A stretch of 64,000 bases of DNA from Sedimentisphaeraceae bacterium JB056 (GCA_044440125.1 JBITAJ010000002.1:29281-93280), one strand, 5' to 3'. Positions 41,975 to 51,981 are shown, counted from the first letter of the stretch. The notes: generated from the letters alone by a model not told the origin. Numbers and translations are program-made.

Positions 41975-44260
41975 CTACTCTTCATCATCTTTACCAAATT
42001 TCTCGATATCAGCAAGCGAAATATGCCCCTCTACTCTTCCATCATCAAGAGGGTTGTCAACACGCTTGGCAAGATCCTTGAATAGCTGAAATACATCCCT
42101 TACTCCACCACAAGTAAACCACACCGCTGTGATGGTGCCAATAATAGGATTGATTACCAAATACGAGATAAAATAGAATGAAGACCACCATGATGATGGC
42201 CATCTGCTAATGCAGTTCCACACAACTATAGGCAAAAAGCACACAAAAATCTGATAGACAATGCTGTATCCAAAGACCGCCCATGCAATAACTCTATCAC
42301 CACGAGTATAGTCACCGGTAATGCCAATTAATTTGCCGAACATTGTCTTCCATGTCCAGGCTAATTTAACTTCCTGAATTCCATCTGTATTATAGACTCC
42401 TCTATGCAGTAAGCGATCAAGATTATAAGGTTTTTTATATGTCAGCAGTGATCCCATAACATAAGCAAGTGTTCCTGAGAACATAGCTATAAAATAAAAT
42501 TCAACACTGTTTATAGGACATTTAACAGGATTAATTTCCCAAACGATATAAGGATTTAATGGACCGCTTACTTTTGCCAGAAACCCACCTACAGATTCAA
42601 CCCAACAATGATTCTCAAGAAATGGATATACGACTGTTGCCCATCCACGTTGTAAAAAGATGGCTACAGCAGCAGTACCTGAACCAAATATTAAAGCACA
42701 AAAAGCACCAACTGTATTCCCAAAACGGCTGTAAAGTCCAAAAACCATTATCGGAGCCGCACCACCCAGCCAAATTGCAGTTAGAATAGAGAGAAACATC
42801 TGAATATAATCTACTTGTACAAGCAGGAAAGCCATGCAAAAGAAAAATATTGCAACACCAACCGCTATCAATTTAACAAGACGTATATGCTGCTTAGGTG
42901 TCATAGGCTTATTCTGGAATGGTATCACCAAATCCTGAATAATAGATGTTGAAGCATTGAATAATCTCGAATCATCAGTCGTAATCATAAGCAAGATACA
43001 TAGCAGAAAAAATGCACCAAAGACTCCTGTTGGCAACATCTTACGAAAACTTGCAGGCATCATCATCTGATTATATATCGTACTGAATTTCTGAAACAAC
43101 TGATTTCCCTCAGGAGTATCACCAAAACCCTCTTTAGCAGCATCAAGATAGACTGTATCTAAATTTTTCTTCTGACTCATCGGTTCATCAACACCAATAG
43201 TATGAACTAATGGTGGAATTTGCTTTATATTACTCTTGACTGCCTCAAGTCCATCAGCAGATTCAGCAAGCTCTTCTGCAACCTTTACTGAAAATTCCTG
43301 ACGGACAGTATGAGCATTAGAGGCGAAATCAGAATGATTCATACCAATGATAACAGCCATACCTATCAATACGCACATTAAAGACGCAATTCCACCACGC
43401 CATACACCAAGTATACCCGCCATTTTTTGTTCATGTGGTGTACGCCCAGAAGCACTGCTGTCATTTCCAAGCCATGCACCTTTATTATATACCCATCCAA
43501 TCAACATTATTATCACAAAAGCAATATTGAAATCTCTCAGGTTAAATATATCAAATGGATTCAAAAAGCTCTCACCAGGTGCCCTGTCCATTAAAACTGG
43601 AACAATCTGATCGTCCCACGAAAATGTCAAAATAATATACACAACAATTACTATAAAAATAGGATAACAAAAGAGTCCCTGAATAGCATCGGTTATACAC
43701 AAGGCAATCCTTCCACCTGGCAAGATGAATAATAATGCCACTGTTAAGATTACACCAACCAGTAATGGATAAGAATGAATTGTCATTCCCAGAAAGTCAA
43801 ACTGATGTGGAATACCTAAGAAATAAATAAAAAAACGTGCAGAAATCGCAGAACCAATTGAATTTGCAAGCATTTCTGCAAGAATACGGAGTAAAGATGC
43901 TATGACACGGAACTTACGGCTATACCGCATTTCTAAAAACTGACCATTACTCAATGCTTTGGTTTGCCGAAATCTGTATGTCATAAAGCCGCTCAATGCC
44001 ATTATTGTAAGAACCACAGGACCAAGCAACATCCAGAAATTCACAGCAAAACCACTACGACGGGCACCTTCAACCACCGCTATCATGCTAATAAGCCCCG
44101 TCGCCGAAGTCATGTCTCCAACTGTAAGAACATAACGTCCAGCCAATCTGCCGGCTGCAAGATAGTCAACAACACCATGAACATACTTACGTGAATGAAA
44201 CGCAACCCATGAGACAAATAAAACGGGCAAAATAACGATCAGGCAATCAATCCAATGCAT
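41975..44260 (-). CDS. Sodium:solute symporter-like transporter (long form)
   Basis: MHWID, DYLAAGRLAGRY, QFLEMRYSR, TDAIQG; many TM helices and a large hydrophilic loop. Confidence 0.85.
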   Translation of the reverse strand: MHWIDCLIVILPVLFVSWVAFHSRKYVHGVVDYLAAGRLAGRYVLTVGDMTSATGLISMIAVVEGARRSGFAVNFWMLLGPVVLTIMALSGFMTYRFRQTKALSNGQFLEMRYSRKFRVIASLLRILAEMLANSIGSAISARFFIYFLGIPHQFDFLGMTIHSYPLLVGVILTVALLFILPGGRIALCITDAIQGLFCYPIFIVIVVYIILTFSWDDQIVPVLMDRAPGESFLNPFDIFNLRDFNIAFVIIMLIGWVYNKGAWLGNDSSASGRTPHEQKMAGILGVWRGGIASLMCVLIGMAVIIGMNHSDFASNAHTVRQEFSVKVAEELAESADGLEAVKSNIKQIPPLVHTIGVDEPMSQKKNLDTVYLDAAKEGFGDTPEGNQLFQKFSTIYNQMMMPASFRKMLPTGVFGAFFLLCILLMITTDDSRLFNASTSIIQDLVIPFQNKPMTPKQHIRLVKLIAVGVAIFFFCMAFLLVQVDYIQMFLSILTAIWLGGAAPIMVFGLYSRFGNTVGAFCALIFGSGTAAVAIFLQRGWATVVYPFLENHCWVESVGGFLAKVSGPLNPYIVWEINPVKCPINSVEFYFIAMFSGTLAYVMGSLLTYKKPYNLDRLLHRGVYNTDGIQEVKLAWTWKTMFGKLIGITGDYTRGDRVIAWAVFGYSIVYQIFVCFLPIVVWNCISRWPSSWWSSFYFISYLVINPIIGTITAVWFTCGGVRDVFQLFKDLAKRVDNPLDDGRVEGHISLADIEKFGKDDEE

Positions 44261-44274
44261 ATAAATTCCTTAAG

Positions 44275-44311
44275 ATTGTCTTTCCTGTTTATTATTAACA
44301 GGAAAGACAAT
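44275..44311. other. Perfect 15-bp stem-loop just upstream of the transporter RBS
   Basis: ATTGTCTTTCCTGTT (44275-44289)/AACAGGAAAGACAAT (44297-44311); no U-tract follows on the coding strand. Confidence 0.7.
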
Positions 44312-44371
44312 AAAAAAACAAGGCTTATTAGGGCTCAAAGAAAAACATCGACTGTTTTCCATACTGTAGAT

Positions 44372-45343
44372 TTATTTAGAAACAGAGTCACTTATAAACT
44401 TTAACTGTTCAATGAATGCTTCTGGAATCAATCCATTTCTTTGGATTGGAACATCCCACGTAACTACTCCTTCATGAAGGCTTACATACTTGGTGTACGC
44501 AGCAACCAATTCATCAGTAAATCGCGGAGTGCCAGCACCCCATGTATTACCCAAGAAAGAGAGAATATGAAGCTGTGAATCATTTACCCATCGTTCAAAA
44601 ACCTCAGGCAATGATTTATTGACTTCACCGGCAATATAATCCTCTTGAGCCATTTGACTTGATAGTGGGAATTGATCAACTCCCGGATTAAAAGCAAGTA
44701 TACTTTCAGGATTTCCTGCTTTAGCTGCTGCCGCAAAATTAGTAATATTCGGCTCTGTATCATGCAAATACATCGCTTTATTAAAATAACAGCCATCAAA
44801 CCACCATCCACGTACTTTCTTACCCCAACGTTTTGACCACTCCTCAATCACCGCATTCCACTTAAATTGAAATGATGCCAGACGCGCATTCTTACTGCCC
44901 CACGGCTGACCGTTCTCATCAAGTCCATTAGCCGTATTCCAATGCTCACGTTGAGGATTTTCATACCACTCAAATTTTTCTGTCGCTTCTGAATCATGCT
45001 CCGGTGCACCACATGGTAAATAAACAAGAAGCTCAATCCCTCGTTTACTCAATGCATCATACAAATCACTTATAAGATCCCTCTGAGAGCATTTACTGGG
45101 CTTTCTACCAACAATTTCATCATAAACTTTGTTTGGACTGCAATAATGCCCTGAATTTTGACCAATAGTCATAAAATAATAAGGCGCACCAACAGAAGAT
45201 AACTGTTCTGCCAAGCCTTCTACATCAAATTCCGCAACTTGCCTGTCCCAATCTTCAGCAGGCTGATCATTTTCACCCAAATAATGGGTAAAAACGCCCC
45301 ATTTCAAATCTTTAAACCAATCAATATCGGGTCTGTTTCCCAT
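44372..45343 (-). CDS. Divergent alpha-L-fucosidase-like (GH29/GH107-clan) TIM barrel
   Basis: WFKDLKWGVFTHY, RDLISDL, LLVYLP, GWWFDG, AFNPG, EDYIAGE; lacks the KHHDGF motif. Confidence 0.6.
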   Translation of the reverse strand: MGNRPDIDWFKDLKWGVFTHYLGENDQPAEDWDRQVAEFDVEGLAEQLSSVGAPYYFMTIGQNSGHYCSPNKVYDEIVGRKPSKCSQRDLISDLYDALSKRGIELLVYLPCGAPEHDSEATEKFEWYENPQREHWNTANGLDENGQPWGSKNARLASFQFKWNAVIEEWSKRWGKKVRGWWFDGCYFNKAMYLHDTEPNITNFAAAAKAGNPESILAFNPGVDQFPLSSQMAQEDYIAGEVNKSLPEVFERWVNDSQLHILSFLGNTWGAGTPRFTDELVAAYTKYVSLHEGVVTWDVPIQRNGLIPEAFIEQLKFISDSVSK

Positions 45344-45426
45344 AATATTCCTTTTAACCATAGAACTTTGGCTAACTAAAGCCTAAAAATCACTAATTAT
45401 ATATCAATACATTTTTAACATATCAG

Positions 45427-47163
45427 TCAATTAGCCGCAATTAATTCGCCGACTTCTTTCCTGATACTATTATCCAAAACAGGCCATACTCCTTCTGGCT
45501 CAATCTCACCAAATGCAACCCCAGCAACTACTTCCAGGTTACGTGGACTTGTAGCCAATGTAAGAATTACAGACTCAGCCATATCAGGCGTATTAAGTCT
45601 GTAAGGCGTATTTGTAACAAGAACAACATTTTCTACAGATTGGCAGACTTTTTCAACAAGTTTATTGTTAGGAACTTTAGAACGGAAAAAATAATTAGTC
45701 ATCAAGACATAATCATAATCTTTGATTGCCGCTTCCACTCTGGTGTAATCGCTCTCATCAGCCATTACTCCTGTCTCGAGAAGCTGTACATTACTGTTGT
45801 ATTTATGGCAATACTCAGTCAACATACCTGAATGCCACCAATAATCATTGACTTCCCCAAGAGTAGCCTGCTCAATCACTAATATCGGCTTATCTGTCGG
45901 CAGAGGTATATTGTCGATATTATCCCGCACCATCATAACAGACTTTTCTGCCAGTTCATGAGAAAGATTTATAGTTTCAGGCTCTCTCAACACTGATTTA
46001 ATATCATTATCTGGATTAATCTTATCAGCTTCAATAAGACCGTATTCTGATTTTAATGACAGAATCCTGTATATTTTGGCATCTAAATCTTCTTCCGATA
46101 TCTTGCCTTGATCAACATACTGCTTAATCGCATTAAAAGTATCTTCCTGAAGATGATTATCAGCCTTCATCAATACGATATCTGCTCCTGCCTGAAGTGA
46201 TTTCGCACACCCATCAGCAATCCCGTAACGAGTTGCAATACCTGACATAGTCATACTATCGGTAGTAACTACTCCTTCAAAACCCAACTCACCGCGAAGC
46301 AGGTCAGTAATAATTCGTTTAGAGACAGTAGCTATTTCATCTTCATCCAGTGACTGATAAATATTATGAGCCAACATAATTGTTGGTATCATTTTCTTTG
46401 CAATCAAATGTCTATAAGGAAGCAATTCACGTGCATTGAGTATATCAATCGGTGTTTCTGAAACAGGAACAGAGAAATGCGCATCCTGATTAGAATCTCC
46501 GCGACCTGGGAAATGCTTACCTGTAGCAATGACTCCGCCATCCTTAAAACCCTGAAAAGCCTGTTCCGCATACTCTATAACTTCATCAACCCTATCAGAG
46601 TAAGACCTCGTGCAAATCTCTGGATTATCAGGATTGCTGTTAATATCAAGGACTGGAGAATGTATCCAACTGAGCCCTACTGCCCTAGCCTGCTTGGCAG
46701 TAGCCAAAGCAACTTCATAGGCATATGATGGGTTATCTGCAGAACGAATACCCATAGGTTTGGGGAATATATTTACTCCACCCATCTTAAAATCAGCACT
46801 GGAGCCACCTTCCTGATCAAACGACATATGCAAACCAATGCCAAGCGGCCTGCAACTTGCCAATTCTTGCAGTTCTCTCAAGACTTGAGCAAATTCCTCT
46901 GCAGGACAGTAAGATACCGTCACTCCCTTTTTAGTTCCGGTCTCATCTTTAATTTCAACTAATGTCTTACCCGTTTTAGGATCAACATAGCTATACCACG
47001 AACGGCATTGAGGAGTGATTCGAATACCAGAACAATGGTACTTTTGTATAGCCTCAACGACGCTTTGCCTAATAACTGTTCCCGACATTCCAAAGGTGAT
47101 TACGGCACCGATCTTCTGATCAGGTGTCATTCTATCAATGATATTTTTAATCGAGTCTTTCAA
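45427..47163 (-). CDS. GH3 beta-N-acetylhexosaminidase-like
   Basis: DQEGG, SPVLD, TRSYS, KHFPGRGDSNQDAH, IMLAH, GVVTTDSM; TTG start. Confidence 0.88.
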   Translation of the reverse strand: MKDSIKNIIDRMTPDQKIGAVITFGMSGTVIRQSVVEAIQKYHCSGIRITPQCRSWYSYVDPKTGKTLVEIKDETGTKKGVTVSYCPAEEFAQVLRELQELASCRPLGIGLHMSFDQEGGSSADFKMGGVNIFPKPMGIRSADNPSYAYEVALATAKQARAVGLSWIHSPVLDINSNPDNPEICTRSYSDRVDEVIEYAEQAFQGFKDGGVIATGKHFPGRGDSNQDAHFSVPVSETPIDILNARELLPYRHLIAKKMIPTIMLAHNIYQSLDEDEIATVSKRIITDLLRGELGFEGVVTTDSMTMSGIATRYGIADGCAKSLQAGADIVLMKADNHLQEDTFNAIKQYVDQGKISEEDLDAKIYRILSLKSEYGLIEADKINPDNDIKSVLREPETINLSHELAEKSVMMVRDNIDNIPLPTDKPILVIEQATLGEVNDYWWHSGMLTEYCHKYNSNVQLLETGVMADESDYTRVEAAIKDYDYVLMTNYFFRSKVPNNKLVEKVCQSVENVVLVTNTPYRLNTPDMAESVILTLATSPRNLEVVAGVAFGEIEPEGVWPVLDNSIRKEVGELIAAN

Positions 47164-47202
47164 AACAGATTACTCCTTGATATTACGAAATATTATATAA
47201 AT

Positions 47203-47239
47203 AGTTTCGTAGCAGAGCTATATTGTCTGCTACGAAACT
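47203..47239 (-). terminator. Stem-loop after the PEP-CTERM gene (terminator or stabiliser)
   Basis: Perfect 14-bp stem AGTTTCGTAGCAGA/TCTGCTACGAAACT with an AT-rich tail on the minus strand. Confidence 0.65.
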
Positions 47240-47254
47240 GAAGAACACAATCAA

Positions 47255-48094
47255 TTAATGTTTTCGTTTCCTGAATATAGTTACCGCACCGGCACCAAAT
47301 ATCAATAACGTTACTGGCTCTGGAACAGTCACAAAAGTACTGATATCGCCATTAGGATTATATATCTCTAATGTCACCTCACCCTCAAGAGCATTTCCAA
47401 ACTCTATTGACAGTTGGTTGTCGCTGTCCCAGGTAGTCAGAATCTCTCCTACATCAAAGCCGCTGGAATAAGAAACAACAACATCGTTATCAAATGCGAT
47501 TAATTGAGAATCTTCACCTACACGGCCGCCAGTGTTAGTCAATATCCACTGTTTTTCGCTACCATTATACTCATCTACATTTGGTAATGCTATTTCACGA
47601 TACAAGGCAACATCATCAAAGCATACACCGTCATTAGCACTATTCGTGTATGTTGTCAAACTAAACACCATATCTCCGGCTGCTTCAGTGTAAAAACACT
47701 CTACGTGTTTAGCACTATAGCTCCAACCCTGCGACAATGAATCACTCCATAAAGATCCAAAACGAACTTTTGCCCATGAAGGCGAACTGCCATCATTTTT
47801 AACATATAGATCTGCACTTAAATACCGGTTAGCAACCATATTGCTTACAGTTGTTTGAACACGAATGTTCTGGCTCCCCCCTGTAGCATTTCCTAATTTA
47901 TAGCCATACGAACCAGTATTTGCAGTACTTGTAATGCCTTGGGGTCCACTATTATTCCATGCAACCCATGACCCTGCCTCGCCGCCATTCTCAAAGCTGC
48001 CTGAACCTTGCAGTAAATCATTCGTACTAAAAACTGCCGCCTGCGACATAGATAGCAACAGCAAACTTAATAACACGTTCATACTGAATTTCAT
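47255..48094 (-). CDS. PEP-CTERM protein carrying one copy of the ~248-aa module
   Basis: Signal peptide; NDLLQGSGSFE...SPSW...YTNSAND...YRE...AFDNDV; C-terminal VPEPVTLLIFGAGAVTIFRKRKH. Confidence 0.9.
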   Translation of the reverse strand: MKFSMNVLLSLLLLSMSQAAVFSTNDLLQGSGSFENGGEAGSWVAWNNSGPQGITSTANTGSYGYKLGNATGGSQNIRVQTTVSNMVANRYLSADLYVKNDGSSPSWAKVRFGSLWSDSLSQGWSYSAKHVECFYTEAAGDMVFSLTTYTNSANDGVCFDDVALYREIALPNVDEYNGSEKQWILTNTGGRVGEDSQLIAFDNDVVVSYSSGFDVGEILTTWDSDNQLSIEFGNALEGEVTLEIYNPNGDISTFVTVPEPVTLLIFGAGAVTIFRKRKH

Positions 48095-48119
48095 TTTACA
48101 TCTCCAAAAAACATATTAA

Positions 48120-50180
48120 TTATTCTGATAATGGATAACTATCATCAAGCCAATCCAACATCACTTCCTGTAAATCCAAGAAATCAACGTAATCATCATT
48201 ATTCAGATCTCCACTTAACTGAGCTCGCCAAATCAATGTCTCCCAAGGTTCAATATGTATATCAAGCAGCCCGTTAACAATCTTAGACTCTGTCTGACGA
48301 GTTAATCCCCAAGGTTTCAAGCCTGCATTAACAAGCTTGCTACTAGTATCAATAGTCACATTTTTACCTATTCCAGTACCATTAACAAGTGCTACCCAAT
48401 AACCCGTTGAACGAGGCCATACCGCCATATACAGGTTATCTGAAGCAGTTCCACCATCAAGTATAACTTCTGGCTGATGGAAAGGTGCAGCAAGATATGA
48501 TAACTTACGCACTTCCTGCCCTACCGGCCTAAATGTCTCTTCCAGCCATTTAGTAGTCTTTGCAGCAGATGTTCCATCTGGATAAATAGAACGATAATAG
48601 GAATACCATGACAAAGCACGGCTTCCCTTAATCACAGATGCATAACACCAGTAACGTACTTCTGCAGCATTAGGGAAACGACAATCTTCTGTTATCTCTG
48701 GCCATGCGCCAACACCAAAACTCAACCTGTTATGAAGCTGTAAACTTGGCACAACAGAATCAGGAGAAACGTCCATAGCTGTTCCAAGCCAATTAGTAGA
48801 AGAATCTACAGGAGCATCAGGAAACAGCTCGTCATTAACTGGGTAACGGTCTGTAAAGAAAATATCTTCACAATTATCATAATCCCACCAGTTTGCATAG
48901 GTCGCACTTTGTTCTCTCTGAGCATGTGTAATACCAACAGGTACATTTGGAGTCAATGTTTTCAGTGCATTGTAGAAAGGTAATATAACTGCGTCACCAT
49001 AATCATCAGTAGTATCTCTATCTCTAACTTCAGGTTCATCAATTAAGAACCAGAAACCAAAAGCATCGTGATCTTTAACAGCTGTTGCGATTTGCTCAAC
49101 ACTGGAAACACCATCAGTCTCCAATGCCCACTTCCTTCCTCGCAGATTTACCATTACCTTCAAACCATGTGCTTCAGCATTATCTAAGTATGATTGTAAT
49201 TCATTTATTGAAGAAGAAACATCAGAAGAACAGTGAGAAAAACGCTGCACATGAGTTACACCACAAGTTCTTATTAATTCCGTTTCGGTAGCATTACTCG
49301 TATCTGCAGAGTCAAAGAAGATAATCGGGAATTCATCTGAATCAAGCGTAAATGCCCCAGCCTGGTAAGATGACGTCATTGTATGAGTTGCTTCCAGATT
49401 ACTTGATTCATTACGAAGAGTTAAGATTATATCTCCAGCATAAATAGCAGTCAAATCAACTTCTATCTGTGTATCACTGAGCCATTGATAAGAATGTATA
49501 ATCGCATAAGGCGAAGATACTGTAATATCAGGATCAAAGGCAACTGTATAGCTGCCGGTAGTCTCATCAGCATCTATCGTAACAAGCGTACGCTCACCAT
49601 AAGTAAGAACACCGCCAACAGAATCTTCATTAGGATCAGGAATACACCTTTCGCGATATACAGATATATCATCCATGTAAAGAGTGTCATTAGCTGAATT
49701 ACTATACATTGCCAACGTTAAATTTGGAGAAATTTCATCTGCTGCTGTTGATTGATATAGTGTACTTTCTGCAAAATAACCAAAAGCATTCGATGTGATA
49801 TTCATCGTACTGCTCCATGAAGCACTGCCAAGCCTGACACGAGCATAGGAAGGCGAACTTCCCTGACACCTTGCATAAGCAACAATTTTATGAGATCTGT
49901 TAGCGAAGGTCTCTACCGATGTCCAGGCACGTATATTTTTACTGGAAGAAACAGTCGGACCAGCTTTCCACGCATAAGCTCCGGAATATGCTAAGTCACT
50001 GCTGATAGTAGAAGACTCGCCGCCATCTGCCCAGAGTGTCCATGGACCATTGCTGCCGTCAAATTCAAAACAGCCATTACCATCAAGAAGATCTGTCGTT
50101 GAATAAACCTCACCCAAAACAGATAAACACGACACAAGAATAATAAATATACAAACCCTGCAAATAGTTTTAATAACCAT
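48120..50180 (-). CDS. Secreted protein: one module + putative GH domain + dockerin-like tail
   Basis: Signal peptide from ATG 50180; WFLIDEPE domain paralogous to 37681-38800; GDLNNDDYVDFLDL...WL. Confidence 0.82.
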   Translation of the reverse strand: MVIKTICRVCIFIILVSCLSVLGEVYSTTDLLDGNGCFEFDGSNGPWTLWADGGESSTISSDLAYSGAYAWKAGPTVSSSKNIRAWTSVETFANRSHKIVAYARCQGSSPSYARVRLGSASWSSTMNITSNAFGYFAESTLYQSTAADEISPNLTLAMYSNSANDTLYMDDISVYRERCIPDPNEDSVGGVLTYGERTLVTIDADETTGSYTVAFDPDITVSSPYAIIHSYQWLSDTQIEVDLTAIYAGDIILTLRNESSNLEATHTMTSSYQAGAFTLDSDEFPIIFFDSADTSNATETELIRTCGVTHVQRFSHCSSDVSSSINELQSYLDNAEAHGLKVMVNLRGRKWALETDGVSSVEQIATAVKDHDAFGFWFLIDEPEVRDRDTTDDYGDAVILPFYNALKTLTPNVPVGITHAQREQSATYANWWDYDNCEDIFFTDRYPVNDELFPDAPVDSSTNWLGTAMDVSPDSVVPSLQLHNRLSFGVGAWPEITEDCRFPNAAEVRYWCYASVIKGSRALSWYSYYRSIYPDGTSAAKTTKWLEETFRPVGQEVRKLSYLAAPFHQPEVILDGGTASDNLYMAVWPRSTGYWVALVNGTGIGKNVTIDTSSKLVNAGLKPWGLTRQTESKIVNGLLDIHIEPWETLIWRAQLSGDLNNDDYVDFLDLQEVMLDWLDDSYPLSE

Positions 50181-50235
50181 ATCATATCTCCTATATGTAA
50201 TTTTCATAGATTAGATTCAAATTAATACTTCATGC

Positions 50236-51222
50236 TTAAAGACCGCAATTAACAGGATCCGCATCCATATCAGTACATTGCATCCACTGTCCACCCAAGA
50301 TAGCAAAGTCAACGAGCGTAACTTTACAATCATGATTAATATCTGAAGCCAGGTATTGGGTTCCTGCCTCACCGCAGGCAATTGGCTGCGCAACAGAATC
50401 CATATCATAGGAATATGTATAGTTACTATAAACATTCTCAAATACTAATGTAACAGTTCCTACCTCAGATGGAGTAATATCAGCCGATACTTCATAATCA
50501 CTAACCCACTGAATATTTGATACAGTAGCATTTGCAGCTGTAATATCTATATCAGGGTCAAAAGCAATATTGGCACTGCTGCCTTCAATAATACCAGGAT
50601 ATACATCACCTGCACCAGGCATAATCATGGTATTGAAAACAACATTTACAGTCTTACCATTGACAATGGTATTGTTTACTGAATCATTGCCGACTACAGG
50701 CTGAACCCTTTCTCTGAGAAAGGTTACATCATCAATTAGAGCTGTATCATTAGAGCTGTTGGAATACATTGCCAAAGTTAATGTAGCAGTAGTCTCATCC
50801 AAATCAGTTTTATAATCAAATGATTTCTGCAGACCGCCTGACCAATACATTGTATATGAATTAGACCAAACGCCATTGATATTAACTTTAATCCATGATG
50901 GGCTGCTACCTGCTATACTGTAATAGTAAACTACCCTGTATTGACGATTTCCTAAAACAGGAATACCAGAATAAATTGCACGAAAATTTTTACTGGATGA
51001 GACCGCAGGACCGGCTTTCCATACATAAGAACTACCGGTAACACTACCGGATACTATCGCAGAAGATTCACCACTATCTGCATACAATGTCCATGGACCA
51101 TTTTCTCCAGCAAACTCAAAACTGCCGTCACCATTAAGCAAATCGGTACCAAACTCAACTGCCAAACCATAAGTAGACAGCAATAGTATAGTAATCACAC
51201 TCAACCAAAGGACTTTCAACAT
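50236..51222 (-). CDS. Secreted single-module protein with dockerin-like tail
   Basis: Signal peptide; TDLLNGDGSFE...GPWTLYADSG...SPSW...YSNS...RER...FDPDI; SDINHDCKVTLVDF...W. Confidence 0.82.
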   Translation of the reverse strand: MLKVLWLSVITILLLSTYGLAVEFGTDLLNGDGSFEFAGENGPWTLYADSGESSAIVSGSVTGSSYVWKAGPAVSSSKNFRAIYSGIPVLGNRQYRVVYYYSIAGSSPSWIKVNINGVWSNSYTMYWSGGLQKSFDYKTDLDETTATLTLAMYSNSSNDTALIDDVTFLRERVQPVVGNDSVNNTIVNGKTVNVVFNTMIMPGAGDVYPGIIEGSSANIAFDPDIDITAANATVSNIQWVSDYEVSADITPSEVGTVTLVFENVYSNYTYSYDMDSVAQPIACGEAGTQYLASDINHDCKVTLVDFAILGGQWMQCTDMDADPVNCGL

Positions 51223-51261
51223 TACATCATCTCCTAATTAAATTAATAAAATTACAACAAC

Positions 51262-51981
51262 TTAAAAAACAGAAAAATCATCACGTTCAAATTTTGTGTC
51301 AGATTCATCTCTAAACTCAACATGAGTATCTACCATTAGAGCATTATCTCCTTTGTGGCGACCGCCAAACTGAGACAAAAACTGTTCACTACCATCTCTA
51401 TAACCCTTGTTCTGATCGGTATAAACGAAAGTATCACCAGTTCCACCCTGATCGTTAGGATATTCAGACAACCATACTACACGTGCATTATCCCGCTTGA
51501 TATGCATTTGTCTGCGAGAATAAAAATTCTTTTTACCGGTTGAACCATAAGGAGCTCGATATCCAATAATTCCGTACCGCTGCGTAGTTTGCCCAGTCCA
51601 CCAAGCGGCTGCATAATCTCTAAACGGCTGGCGAAGCTTACTTTTTGAAGAAGGACATGCAAAAATATTGTACGTCTTATCCGCACCTCTTTCCAGATTA
51701 TCCTTTTCTGTAGAGGCATAAGGAGCCAAGCTCTGATACCATCCATATGACCAGACTCCTTGTGGAGCAGGATAACGCCCATCATAGTCTTCAAGATACA
51801 GTGAAGTAGCCAATCCCATATTACGTAAGTTACTTGTACAAACTACCTTTTGAGCTTGAGCTCTCGCCATACTAAGTGATGGTATGAGAATAGACATCAA
51901 AACAGCAATAATTGAAATAACTACCAACAACTCAATCAATGTAAATGCTTTATCTTTCTTCTTAGCGATAGCTTTATACAT
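51262..51981 (-). CDS. Prepilin-type N-methylation / DUF1559-like protein
   Basis: AFTLIELLVVISIIAVLMSILIPSL, CTSNLRNMG, CPS, RHKGDNALMVDTHVE. Confidence 0.9.
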   Translation of the reverse strand: MYKAIAKKKDKAFTLIELLVVISIIAVLMSILIPSLSMARAQAQKVVCTSNLRNMGLATSLYLEDYDGRYPAPQGVWSYGWYQSLAPYASTEKDNLERGADKTYNIFACPSSKSKLRQPFRDYAAAWWTGQTTQRYGIIGYRAPYGSTGKKNFYSRRQMHIKRDNARVVWLSEYPNDQGGTGDTFVYTDQNKGYRDGSEQFLSQFGGRHKGDNALMVDTHVEFRDESDTKFERDDFSVF

